In this document: positions 25,501 to 36,598 of the stretch, piece by piece
Layout of the letters: the number at the start of each line of letters is the position of its first letter
Position numbering within the stretch: the first letter of the stretch is position 1
Origin: Trypanosoma brucei
Lineage: Eukaryota
Direction of reading: 5' to 3'
Assembly (NCBI GenBank): GCA_000002445.1
Contig: CM000207.1
Span: 2,720,001-2,784,000, forward strand
Length of the DNA stretch: 64,000 bases
The notes under the pieces: model-generated
What the model saw: the letters and a program-made list of their open reading frames with translations, nothing else
What the model was told of the DNA's origin: nothing
The model's database searches: none
Translations under genes and position numbers: made by a program

Positions 25501-26289
25501 TGTGGTGGAGAAAACTGTATGTATTTCTAAAATAGAGGCACTTAAAACAGTGCTACTGCTACTAAAGAAGTAGATGGTTGAATGGGAGAGAAGAGGAATA
25601 TTAATAAAGGAAATTCAGAAGAACGAAGAAATAAAAGGATTTAAATATTCGCAATTTCTTACACTCTGCCGGACATCACCACATAAGAGAAAGCTATGGA
25701 GAGGACAGTGAGGGACACAGAGACTCTATTTTATCGGTAGTGGCAGAGGCGGTGACCGCCAAAGTCTGAAAATGTGGAAGTAAAGGACGGAATAAAAGAC
25801 GCAGCAAAGCACAGAGAAACAAGACAGGAGGCGATAAAGCGCTGTATTTCACTCAGACATGGATAGATGGAAAAGTGGAGATGATTGTTGTAATAACAAT
25901 AGTAGCAGTAGTTTATCAACTTATAATGATGTGTCTCTCATGATAAAAGTCAATTGGCGGGGAAGGTTGCGCAGAAGTCTTTAAAATCTTAGCACACATG
26001 ACCCAGTGGCGCACCTAGCTACTGCAATTCACATAACAATGTGTAGAGGGAAATATAGATGCAGGTGAAAATATAAGGTGCGCACACCGAACATACATCT
26101 TTCGACAGATACATGATAACAATATAAAGACATTGCTTACGTAAATACTGTTTCCTTAAATAAACACCTTAGTGCCACAACTGACTTCTTTCTTAACAAC
26201 CTCTATGATATTATAAGATATTTAAAGTTTTCATTAGTACGAAAACAGGAAGTTATAAACCATATGGGAGGTATCTATGCAAAAGTGAG

Positions 26290-27360
26290 TTGTTTATCTT
26301 TTATTTCTATGGTAATTATTTTATATGTGTACTATACAGTTTGTTTAGTGAGGGTGAATCCATTTCACTGGAGATTGTTGAAGATGAGTATATGAGATTT
26401 GTTTCGCAGGATGTTATGAGTATTTGGAAAACTGAAGATTATTTTGTTGTATCTGGAATATCTTCCATAGATAATGATGAAAGATTCAGAAGAAGGAATC
26501 TACAGAGGGAAACTTGTTAGAGTTACCATGAATTGGCACGTAAGTCAAATAATTTTAGTGGGAAGTTGCTTATAGTATATGCTCATTCCCCTCATACAAA
26601 TAATAATTGCGAGCTCAGAGAAATTGTTGAAGGAGATGCAGAGTTATACCAGGATATTATAATTTTACCTGTTTGTGATGTGAATCCAACAGCAAGTAAA
26701 AAAGTTGGAGGGTTGAGGAATTGGGGCTGGGAATAAGATCTCACGATGAGTAGAAAAACATATTTGTGATTCAAATTTGCAGTTTATACATTCAAGTCAG
26801 CTAATCCCTATATAATGAAAGCAGATGATGATATATTTATGAGGGTGCCAATGTATTTGCAATACCTTGAAATATTGCCACAAGAGAAATTGAATATGGG
26901 GAGAGCATGGGGTGAACTTGACGAGTATTGGAAAGCTGACGTGTTATGTCGTTGGGTATGCGAACACAATTTCGAGAGATGTTGTAAAAGAAATAGTTGG
27001 CTATTCGGGAATTTCCAAACTATTATCCAACAAAGTGAGCTTTCGAAATTTCGAAAAATATATTGAATATGCTGCTTTGAACGAAGATATTATGGTTGGT
27101 AAGGTGATAAGGCACAAAATAAAAATTGAAGGTCTATTGACTGTGAATATACAAGATTGTAGCTATGTTATGCACTCAGAGTCACACCCAGAAGCTTTTA
27201 ATTACGGCAACAATAGTGATGCATTATTTAAAAGAGAGTGATTACACCTTTCTGACAACAGTTGACGTGCTAAACAGTAAGATGCAACAACCTGTGTACC
27301 TCCAGAATGAAGTTTACCGTAAGTGTTTTTTTGACCATGCTAAACAACAACGAACAGGTT
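26290..27360 (+). pseudogene. GT31-family beta-1,3-glycosyltransferase pseudogene (canonical DDD motif), fragmented across 3 frames
   Basis: KLLIVYAHSPHTNNNCELREIVEG (motif 1). ELYQDIIILPVCDVNPTASKKVGGLRNWGW plus YIMKADDDIFMRVPMYLQYL (DxD region, compare B3GALT YVMKTDSDIFVN). CYVVGYANTISRDVVKEIVGYS (GYxYxxSxDLV). NEDIMVGKVI (EDVYVG-like). Confidence 0.6.
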
Positions 27361-27511
27361 AAACATCACAATATCATCAAATGAAGTCACCCTTACGTTG
27401 CATATTAACAGCGATAAAAAATTAAACTCTTCACATATGATGTCAATGTTTCAAAACAAACCTCTTCTCAACAAACGCTAACGATATACAGGAACCAAGG
27501 AGGCACACACT

Positions 27512-28268
27512 ATGTTTCAAACCACATTAGTAACAGCAATAACAGTAGTCCTTTTTGCGGATAAATGTGCACCGACAGCAGGACACAATATCAAAGAATT
27601 CGCGCTAATGTGTCAACTATTTACCACGTGCGAACAGGGGACTTCAACCACTGGAAACGAGGCTGAACCAACACTAGAATCTGAAACAAAAAACGTTAGT
27701 CGTCAATAACATGTCGGCAGCAGATGAAGAATTCTTCGGAAGTAACTTCGACGACGTCCAAGACCATAAAAAGGACAAGAACTACGCAAAACACAAAAAC
27801 ACTTGGGCACAAACTAAAAAAAAGGATTTAGGCACAAAAAAGATAGGAAATATACCGGAAAAACTTACACGTATGACCGCCGGTACACTTCGGTTCGGTA
27901 TACAACAACAAGCACTGGAAGCGATACCTAACCTCGAAGCAGAAAAAGCGGCGTTGCCCAAGGACAAGACAACGATAACGATAAATTATGACCTAAAGGA
28001 GGTTCTGTACGGCGAAGGAAACACAGAAGCAAAGGGTACCTGGCAGTCAACGTTCGGCAGCGGCGGCAACGCAGCATGCGGCAATGACGGTAGCGCAGAC
28101 AACAAGGTCGGCACATCTCTAGCCAACGGCCTGGCCTGCCGTTGCGGCGACAACTCGGACGACACGGCTGCCGCAGGTTGTATAAGCAACAGGAGCTCAA
28201 CCGGAAGCAAGTTCGCCAGCGAAGCCTGTGGCCCAGCACCCAAAGCGACAATAGTGGCGAAATACTAA
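27512..28268 (+). pseudogene. VSG: VSG 5' fragment (signal peptide plus part of N-domain, frameshifted)
   Basis: ORF 27512..27709 MFQTTLVTAITVVLFADKCAPTAGHNIKEFALMCQLF. ORF 27711..28268, in the next frame, has ...LKEVLYGEGNTEAKGTW...LACRCGDNSDDTAAAGC. It ends about 95 bp before the ingi 5' end. Confidence 0.7.
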
Positions 28269-28363
28269 AAAAAACAGCACTACTGGAAGCACTCCTCGTG
28301 ACTTTTAAGTCATTATTAGGCAAACATGCCGTACACACGCCATCGGCGCAGTACAACTACGGC

Positions 28364-28442
28364 CCCTGGCGATGCCGGCCACCTCAACGTGGTGCCAGGG
28401 TCCAGTACCCCGTATCATCGGGGGAAGCCAAGAGCCAGCAGA
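28364..28442 (+). promoter_or_regulatory. conserved about 77-nt 5' signature of ingi/L1Tc-type elements (reported as an internal promoter, Pr77)
   Basis: The sequence matches, as far as I recall it, the conserved first about 79 nt shared by ingi, RIME, L1Tc and SIDER elements. Confidence 0.5.
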
Positions 28443-28724
28443 GTTCCTTTCATGGGAAACACTGATGTGCTCCGGCTACGGCATCATACAGCACAGGGAT
28501 CAGCAGCGTCTTGCTGGGACACCGTTCTTCATTTGTCGGTCCCTGGGCACGTGCCAGCGTGCCATCAGCAGTATCATCCGCACTAAGATGCTGCTGTTCG
28601 GTGACATGGAAGAGAATCCCGGCCCGTCGTTGCGCGGGATGCAGGGAACTGCGCCGGGCTATCTCAAGGAAAGAGATTAGCACTCCAAAAAACCCTTGTT
28701 GATGAGCGGATCGCCTTTTTTCTG

Positions 28725-31700
28725 TTGAGCGAGACAAGGATGACGCTTGAAGAGGCGGCTTGCTTTAGCGTTGCTGGCTACCAACATCACGGAATAGCTC
28801 GTAACTGCAAAGGAGGTGGTGTATCAATACTAGTGAGGGAGGACCTACCAGTTGAGATCGGTATGGCCGTTGTTGGTCGCATTGAACAAGTGCATGCAAC
28901 AATTCACCTTGCACGTGGAAAGGCGCTGACTGTCACGTCGGCATACGTCCCACCAAAACACACCTTCACGGCAACTGACCTAGATACGCTTCTGACAACT
29001 GACGGTTACCAGCTCATCGGTGCAGACGCTAACGCACACGCGTTGGCATGGGATCGCACGAGCCCACCAAATACCAAGGGTGAAACCCTCACACAGTGGT
29101 GCATTGACAACCAGTTTCTGGTCTGCAACACTGGTCAGTGCACCAGGTACGCGCGCCACCACGGGGAGTCCACCCTTGATGTGACACTGTCAAGGAATTG
29201 CACAGTGTACATGTGGACATCGCTGTATTCTCCCGATAGCGATCACCATAACATATTTTTCGACTTTATCGTTGGAGATGACACAGATGCACTGAGTTGC
29301 CCGCGGCTTCGAAAGCCCATGTACGCATGGCTAAAAGCTAACTGGAGGAATTTCCGTCTCAAGGTTGACGAGCTCTGCAGGAAAATTGGTAGAGAGAAGA
29401 ACGTCAATACCCTGGAACAGAAATTGAGCTCCGCCATCCGCATTGCGACGAAGATGTTCGTCCCCCGTAGCTGCAGAGCAACGCCACCACATTGGACACC
29501 AACGCTCACTAAACTCGATGAAGAGATCGCTGGATGCGGACCCTCCCACCGAAGGGAAATGTTGGTAGCCACGCGTAAGCAGATCCTGGACCGTACCACA
29601 AAGAAGAGATGGAGAACGCTATGCTCCAGACTTGCGGTGTCAGACCGCTGCAGTTGGCACATTGTCAAGAAGGTATATGCGCCACGACCACTAACCACAC
29701 TGGCTGTACTTGTTGATAACGCGGCCATCACGGACTACCATCAAGCTGAGAGGTTCAGTAAACTGTACTCGTCCCGTGCAAGAACGCACCCCGACTCACA
29801 CCCACCGGCACCAATAAAGACGATAGCGAGTGAGTTCAGTCCCATCACGATGGCTGAACTATGGAGATCGATCAAACTGCTTCCGACCGGATCCGCAGCA
29901 GGACCTGATTGCTTATACAACGAGGCAATACAACATTTCGGTAGAACAGCGCTGAATGTTGTTCTGAGGCTATTCAATGAGAGCCTACGAACGGGAGTCG
30001 TGCTGCCTGCATGGAAGATTGGTGTTATCATCCCCATCCTGAAGGCCGGAAAAAAGGCGGAGGACCTCGATTCTTACAGGCCTGTGACGCTCACAAGCTG
30101 TCTCTGCAAAGACATGGAGCGCATAATTGCCGCGAGGCTTAGAGACACTGTTGAGTCCCAGCTGACGCCGCAGCAATCAGGCTTTCGCCCCGGATGCTCA
30201 ACGCTCGAACAACCGCTGCACGTCCGCGCTGCCCTCTGCCGCCCCACGCACCAATATCGTACAGGTGCTGTATTCGTTGACTACGAGAAGGCATTCGATA
30301 CAGTAGACCACGACAAAATTGCGAGGGAAATGCACAGAATGAAGGTATCACCCTACATTGTGAAGTGGTGCGTATCATTTCTGAGTAACCGAACTGGAAG
30401 AGTGAGATTCAAGGAGAGGCTTTCCAGAAGCAGAACATTTGAGCGAGGAGTGCCACAAGGAACTGTCCTTGGCCCAATCATGTTCATTATTGTCATGAAC
30501 TCGTTGAGCCAGCGCCTTGCAGAAGTGCCGTTGCTGCAGCACGGATTCTTTGCAGACGACCTAACGCTACTTGCGAGACACACAGAGAGGGATGTCATCA
30601 ACCACACACTGCAATGCGGCCTAAACGTGGTGTTACAGTGGTCACAAGAGTACTTCATGTCTGTCAATATAGCGAAAACAAAGTTCACACTCTTCGGGTG
30701 TATAGAGCGCCACCCCCTTACATTGCAACTGGACGGCGAAAGAATAGGAGCTGACAGGACACCGAAGCTTCTCGGAGTAACATTCCAGTGTCTGCAGGGG
30801 ATGGCAACACATGCAGCCGAAACGAGACGCAAGATGGACTTCCGACTACTGCAGATAGCATCCATCTCAGCTTCTACATGGGGGCCAAGACGACAAGTAC
30901 TGAGAGCTTTTTATCTAGCACTCGTACAGGCACACACCATGTATGGCATTGAGGTATGGTACTGGGACGCTTCGGAACGAAGTCGCGACCTCCTTGCAGC
31001 AGCACAACACAAAGCCAGTCGCATCATAGCTGGCATACCGCATGGGACGCGCAAAGAGAACTCTCTGCTGGAAGCAAACCTCCTGCCACTCAAGACGGCC
31101 ACTCTTGTGCGCAGCATGAAATTCATACTGATGTGTGAGTCACGAGGCGGATGTCTGCGCCGCAGTGCTGAGGAAGTACACCACAGCAAACATCCAGTCA
31201 GAGTCTTACATTCCCGCATCATGCGGTCCTACCCCCACCTCCGCATTGAGCCACGCGAGCACCCACTGGAGACATCGACACTCCGCCACAGCTGCCGACC
31301 GCTATTTCACACGCAGATAAAGCCTGTGTGCGCTGATGACCCTGACGATGTCAAAAGGGAGGCTTCCGAAAAGTGGATTGAACGGCATTTTGCACGGAGG
31401 GGGAAGGAGCCACCGCGACGAGAGCACTACGAATTGTGGACTGATGGATCCGTGTCCCTCGGTGAGAAGTCCGGAGCAGTTGCTCTGCTCTATAGAAACA
31501 ACACGCTGATTTGTGCACCCAAAACTGGAGCAGGGGAACTCTCATGTAGTTACAGAGCGGAATGCGTAGCATTAGAGATAGGACTGCAACGGCTGCTGAA
31601 ATGGCTCCCGGCTTACAGAAGCACACCGAGCAGGTTGTCCATCTTCTCTGACTCGCTGTCAATGTTAACAGCACTGCAGACAGGTCCCCTAGCCGTAACG

Positions 31701-32576
31701 GACCCAATTCTGAGACGACTATGGAGGCTTCTGCTTCAAGTTCAGAGAAGGAAGGTGCGTATCCAACTGCAATTTGTGTTTGGCCATTGTGGCGTGAAAC
31801 GGAATGAGGTTTGTGATGAAATGGCCAAAAAGGCCGCTGATTTACCACAGTTGCGAGATACATGGATCCCCGACATCATTGCTTATGCGAAGCGAGTGCT
31901 TAGGTCGGAAGAAGTCCATGAGAACACTCATAGGTTTGGTATCACGGGCAACCACTTTCCAACAAAACATAAGGAAGAACTGACGAGGGAAGAAGAAACG
32001 GCACTGGCACGCTTTCGGGTTGGGTCTTCAAGACACTATGGATGGATGTTGCGAAAGATCAACCCGAGTGTGCCTCCACAGTGCCGATGGTGCAACCCAC
32101 AACATGCAGCGATAGGACCAACAATACAAACAGCCCCACTTGTTGCGACACGCACTCTTCAGAGAACCTCCGAACCGATCAAATGTACGGAATGTGATGC
32201 CACATACCAATGCCGCTCGAGTACTGTAACGCACATGGTAAACAAACATGGCTTTGTGCGAGCTGATGCCCTCCGGAGGATCAAATACGGCGATGCAACA
32301 CCCGCAGTGGATATCCCCCCGGAGCCCCCTCCAGTGGTGGCGATCGTTCCTCTACCATCGAGCACACGAGTCCCGATGAGACCGCAGGTGCTTCATTGTA
32401 CCATCTGTGCCTCCAAATTCGCAGTACCAGGCAGACTATTACACCACCTTAGAACAATACATGGCATAGGCAGCGGTAGTTGCCGCGTGAAAAGGGGGCG
32501 AGAGAACGAGGACTCATTGCAAGGAGATGGTAGAGCCCCAGCAGCGCCAGCCTCTCAGGATACACGGAAGCTGTAG
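28725..32576 (+). CDS. ingi polyprotein ORF (endonuclease C-terminal part, reverse transcriptase, RNase H, zinc fingers), 1283 aa, ending at an in-frame stop
   Basis: ORF-track protein with RT motifs (YRPVTLTSCLCKDMERIIAARL; FADDLTLLA), RNase H and CxxC...HxxxH fingers (CTECDATYQCRSSTVTHMVNKHG; CTICASKFAVPGRLLHHLRTIHG). Confidence 0.85.
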   Translation: MSETRMTLEEAACFSVAGYQHHGIARNCKGGGVSILVREDLPVEIGMAVVGRIEQVHATIHLARGKALTVTSAYVPPKHTFTATDLDTLLTTDGYQLIGADANAHALAWDRTSPPNTKGETLTQWCIDNQFLVCNTGQCTRYARHHGESTLDVTLSRNCTVYMWTSLYSPDSDHHNIFFDFIVGDDTDALSCPRLRKPMYAWLKANWRNFRLKVDELCRKIGREKNVNTLEQKLSSAIRIATKMFVPRSCRATPPHWTPTLTKLDEEIAGCGPSHRREMLVATRKQILDRTTKKRWRTLCSRLAVSDRCSWHIVKKVYAPRPLTTLAVLVDNAAITDYHQAERFSKLYSSRARTHPDSHPPAPIKTIASEFSPITMAELWRSIKLLPTGSAAGPDCLYNEAIQHFGRTALNVVLRLFNESLRTGVVLPAWKIGVIIPILKAGKKAEDLDSYRPVTLTSCLCKDMERIIAARLRDTVESQLTPQQSGFRPGCSTLEQPLHVRAALCRPTHQYRTGAVFVDYEKAFDTVDHDKIAREMHRMKVSPYIVKWCVSFLSNRTGRVRFKERLSRSRTFERGVPQGTVLGPIMFIIVMNSLSQRLAEVPLLQHGFFADDLTLLARHTERDVINHTLQCGLNVVLQWSQEYFMSVNIAKTKFTLFGCIERHPLTLQLDGERIGADRTPKLLGVTFQCLQGMATHAAETRRKMDFRLLQIASISASTWGPRRQVLRAFYLALVQAHTMYGIEVWYWDASERSRDLLAAAQHKASRIIAGIPHGTRKENSLLEANLLPLKTATLVRSMKFILMCESRGGCLRRSAEEVHHSKHPVRVLHSRIMRSYPHLRIEPREHPLETSTLRHSCRPLFHTQIKPVCADDPDDVKREASEKWIERHFARRGKEPPRREHYELWTDGSVSLGEKSGAVALLYRNNTLICAPKTGAGELSCSYRAECVALEIGLQRLLKWLPAYRSTPSRLSIFSDSLSMLTALQTGPLAVTDPILRRLWRLLLQVQRRKVRIQLQFVFGHCGVKRNEVCDEMAKKAADLPQLRDTWIPDIIAYAKRVLRSEEVHENTHRFGITGNHFPTKHKEELTREEETALARFRVGSSRHYGWMLRKINPSVPPQCRWCNPQHAAIGPTIQTAPLVATRTLQRTSEPIKCTECDATYQCRSSTVTHMVNKHGFVRADALRRIKYGDATPAVDIPPEPPPVVAIVPLPSSTRVPMRPQVLHCTICASKFAVPGRLLHHLRTIHGIGSGSCRVKRGRENEDSLQGDGRAPAAPASQDTRKL

Positions 32577-33689
32577 TTTCAATGTGACCTGTGTGAGGCG
32601 AGCTTCGGTACACGCTCTTCCCGGTCACTACACAAGAAATTCAAACATAAGAGCATAGTGACGGAGGACGGTACCGTGGTGGTGGTGCAATTCCCTCGTA
32701 AGCGTGCCCGTGAAGGAAACGTTGACGTCCCGGGGAAAGGCGAGGAGCAGTGTGGTGTGCGCCAGAAAGTGCTCAGTTGCAGGGACTCTCTCATCCGACA
32801 CTGTAAGGCTTTCCACTAATGTGAGGAAGTCGAGGTTAAATGCAGCAAAAGCACAAAATTATGTGCCACTGATTCCCCGCATACAAATGCATCCATGTTG
32901 GGTGTGACCGACATGCGGAAGGCAGTGTGCTAGCAAAACTGGCCTCACCCTACATCAAAAGAAGATGCACGGTATGAAGATAGAGCGCGCTGTTACCAGC
33001 CAACGCGGCGACTGCGAAGAAACGGCGCTGCACCTGATGAACTGTCCCGATTTGAAGGAGTTACGTGTTAGGTTTGCGGTGGAAGGTGTGTGTGTGTGTG
33101 CAGGATGTATTATTCTCCAAAAGACTGGCGCAGTTTCTCATTGCGGTTGAACGAAGCCGGCCGCATGTGAAGTCCTCCCCTAATGTAACAGTTATACAAC
33201 CCACTTTCCTTTCTGCAACTTTCCCCCTTATTGCCGAGTGTGGAGCTAGCAGGAAAAGCACCGGACGCAGGAATAGTCCAGACACCCTCAGAGACAGAGG
33301 GGGTATGCAATCAACAAGCAACAGAAACAGAAAAAGGGGAAGAGAATAATAAACGAATAACAAAAATCAAAACAAAAGGATTGCTAATTGACATCTTTTG
33401 GAGAGTCTGGGGTGGGAGGTTTCTCGCCCCATCTGCTGTATTCCGTTCAACTGCGGAGCTACAACAAAAGTTATAGAAAGTGTATTAGGCTGAATAAAAA
33501 AGGGAGACTCTGCCACAGTCGCCAGACCGATAGCATCTCAGGGCTCTACGGTGATGGCTGATGGCCGCGCCAGTGGGGGGAAACTCCCACGAAGGCACGA
33601 AGAAAATTCCAAAAAATATAATATGTTAAATTTTTCAAAATAGCACATTCTTGAAAATTTTCAAAAATTTTATTATGGCATTAAACTCA

Positions 33690-34080
33690 AAAAAGCGTCA
33701 GCCATCAGAGCAATTCGCGTTTTGACGAGGATACTGGAATCACGGAATTTTGTTTTAACTCTCTCCTGTCCATCAATGAAATCAATCCATCCGGAGACAG
33801 ATTTCTTTTCTCTTTCAGTTTCCCTGGAGCATTGACACATTTCTCCGGGTTATTATACACGCCACAATTGTGTCTCCTGGTGCTACAGCTTCATCTGTTC
33901 CTTGGTTTGTCGTCCTTTTCTCTCTCTTTGGGTTTGCACCAAGCTGCTGTACAGGTTGCGTTTGTTGTGTGCTGCTTGCTGTCTGCACGCATCGCTGAAG
34001 GTTGCTGCCTATTTGGCGATATGTGCTGATGCTGAATATCGTTCTCCTGCTCCTACTTGCCTCGCCTTAAAAGCACAGGG
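33690..34080 (-). pseudogene. VSG: VSG 3'-end fragment (C-terminal domain remnant plus GPI signal)
   Basis: Reverse complement encodes ...EKCVNAPGKLKEKRNLSPDG... and, in an adjacent frame, FRDSSILVKTRIALMADAFL (GPI-signal type). A VSG 3'-UTR-like motif at 33615..33640. Confidence 0.55.
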
Positions 34081-34099
34081 ACGACTGAAGTGAAACTAC

Positions 34100-34990
34100 G
34101 ACGGGGTACCGTAAAAAAACAGCCGCTATATCACTAGAAGAAAAACATGGATCATTAAAAAAATATTGGGTCGATGTGGGGATGAAAAAGAAGGTGGAAA
34201 AAATTTAAGGAAAGATGTATGCTGGATGAAAAACGGTTAGGGTTTGCAGAAAAAAGAGACGCTTAATAATTAAACAAAATTAAAAAATATATTTAAAAAA
34301 ACTAAAAATCAAAAAAATCAAAAAAATGAAAATTTAGAAAAAATTAAAGAGGCAAATTTTTTTAAAACGCTTCTGAAGTACAAAAAATAAAAGCCGCCGC
34401 ACGGCTTGTGAGAATAAGGGTTAAGGTCCCATAACAAAATAGCCGCTGGACGGCTGAAAAAATAAAAACAAAAGCTAAACCCCAAAACGACTCAGAAAAT
34501 TAAAAAATTAGCGTGGAGGAAAATTAACCCTAACCCGAAACACCTCGGCATAAAAAGGAAGGGAGGTCCAAAAAAAACGATATCGGATGGAAAAGGAAAG
34601 TAAAAAATATCAAAGGTCAAAAAAATTTTTAAATTAAAATTCAAAAATTCACGAAATTAAAAAAATGCTGAAAAAAAATTTAAGCATAAAAAAATCAAAA
34701 TTACAATTAAAAAGTTGTTAAAATAGAAAAATTCAAAAAATCTAAAGGTCTAAAAATCTAAAAACTTTGAAAAAACCCTAAAAAATACTAACCCTAAAAT
34801 GTCAAAAAAATTCAAAAAAGGGAGAAAAAATGGAAAAAAATATAGGCGCCAGAAAAAAATCACAGAATCAGAATATTTTACAAAAACACACTATTTTCAG
34901 GTAAATTACCTGTTAAAATATATCAAATAGCAAAAATTTCTTTTAAAAGGGGAAATTTGTTTTAGAAAAACAAGGCCACAAAAGCAAAAA
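34100..34990. repeat. internal degenerate telomere-like A-rich tract
   Basis: aacggttagggtttgc; ataagggttaaggtccc; aaccctaacccgaaac; actaaccctaaaatg, inside poly(A)-rich DNA. The segments tgggtcgatgtggggatgaaaaag and cagaatcagaatattttacaaaaacac are homologous to the 13.3 to 13.7 kb and 57.2 to 57.7 kb tracts. Confidence 0.55.
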
Positions 34991-35007
34991 CACTGAGAGC
35001 GAATTGT

Positions 35008-36598
35008 TTGTTTACCAAAAAGCTTCCATTTCGGCACATTTCTTTTTCTAGATCAGGCTCATTATCTTTACCCTTCCTCCATGCGCAATTTTGCTTGTCG
35101 CCTGTTTTGCCATTTTTACAAGCGGCTTTATCACTTCCGTGTCGTGCACACCCATTTGAAGCTGCTCCTCCTGTAGCTCCATCTTTTTATGCTTTAGCTG
35201 CTTGTTGTTCTACTGCTGCCGTATTCAATTTGCAGTGTTTTCCATCTTTCGCGTCACCGCCCTCCCATTTGCATTTTCCATTGTTTTTGGAGTCAGCTGC
35301 TACCGTTATGGCTTCGCACTCTTTGGTCAGGTCGTCCGTCTCACGTGGCGCGGTTTGTTCTGCTTTTGTAGCATGGTTTTTGACCTACGTGTCCCATATT
35401 ATGTCCTTTAGCGTCTCATTTAGGTTGTCAATTTGCTGATTTATATCCTTGATGCTTTGCGCTGCAGCTATAATGTGTTCCTGCTGCGTTAGCGCTTCTT
35501 CGAGACTTACTAACCAGGGTACCGTTATTTTTTCGCCAGAAAAATGTTCGCCTTTATAGTGAACGCATTTGCCGCCGTTGGTGTCCGTTTTACCTAGGCA
35601 ACCGTCGGCAGCCGTGCCCGCTGTTATGCCTAATAAATGCATTGTGGCCTCGTTGGTATCGCTTTTTTTTTGCTAGGCTGAGTTTTGAAGTTTGCCACCG
35701 CTGCGTGCAGCGCTGCGGCTGTTAGGCTCTGTCCCTTTGGCAATTTTTGGCATTCTTTTTTGAAGACTGCCCATATCTTTTTGTCTTCCTTGGCGGCTGG
35801 CCAGTCGACGGTTGCCAGGTTGTGTCCGTCTTCTGTGGCCCCACACCCCGGGAAGCACGCTTGGCCAGCGTCGTTGTCAGCGGCTTTAAAAGCGCACAAG
35901 CAATGCAGGTCCCATCTGAGACTCCGGCCGGCCAGAGAAGTGCCTAGGCTGGCGTGGTTGCCGCATCTGTCCGCCAGGCCCGCGCCCCCTGACGCTGTCG
36001 TCTCCATTGTTTCCGTTTGGTCTTTGCCGTAAAGCGCATCTTGCTTTGCTTTTTTTACTGCTGCCGGGGTTAGCTTGTCTTTCTCCAATTTATATTTCTT
36101 GTAAAGCTTGAAAGCCTGCCGAGCCATTGATTCTAGCCGCTTTTTGGCTCTGCTGGTTAGCTTGGCTTGTCGCCACTTTTCGTATTCTGCCTTAGTTTTT
36201 TGTTCCACAAGTTTTTTTAGCCCTAGTTGCCAAAAGTCCCCGTGTTCTTTCCATTTTTCTAACTCGGCGCCGCCTTTTGGCGCTACATCTTTAACTTTGA
36301 GTTGCTCAATCGCATAACATGCCTCCAAAACGTTAGTGAAGACTGCGGAGCTACTTGTTAGATTTATTGCTGCTACCACGGCAACTGCGGCTCCTGGGTT
36401 CTGATCTCATGGTGGTACAATGGTCTTCGTCAGCGCCAAATTTACTAAGTCACAAAGAGCGCCGAACTCCTGTCTTAGTGTGCCTTTTCCTGTGTCAGCA
36501 GCGCTTGGCTGCATATAAAAAAGAACCATTAGTACAGAAACGGCTGCAAGTCGCTGTTTCAGTGTCATTTTCTGGCTGATCTGTTCCTTTAACGCCAA
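35008..36598 (-). pseudogene. VSG: VSG pseudogene (frameshifted into at least 3 frames)
   Basis: ORF 36407..36598(-) MTLKQRLAAVSVLMVLFYMQPSAADTGKGTLRQEFGALCDLVNLA. ORF 35630..36379(-) N-domain (HCLCAFKAADNDAGQAC). ORF 35385..35642(-). C-terminus and GPI signal at about 35008..35100. Confidence 0.8.

Larger units (their letters stand above)
28364..33605 (+). mobile_element. ingi: ingi non-LTR (LINE-like) retrotransposon, degenerate full-length copy (about 5.2 kb)
   Basis: The 5' end reads ccctggcgatgccggccacctcaacgtggtgccagggtccagtaccccgtatcatcgggggaagccaagagccagcag, the conserved ingi/RIME/L1Tc-type 5' signature (Pr77-like). Long ORF with APE-like endonuclease C-terminal part, RT (FADDLTLL), RNase H (WTDGSVS...ALLYRNNT...FSDSLSML) and C2H2 zinc fingers. 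The zinc fingers continue after an in-frame tag at 32574 and in shifted frames to about 33150. The 3' end is approximate. Confidence 0.85.

Noticed and set aside
28269-28363. Possible continuation of VSG fragment 27512..28268 into the ingi
   Set aside because: The frame closes at taa 28266..28268. Downstream sequence up to the ingi 5' signature is not VSG-like.
33085-33105. (GT)n microsatellite
   Set aside because: Only about 10 units inside the ingi 3' region. Trivial simple repeat.
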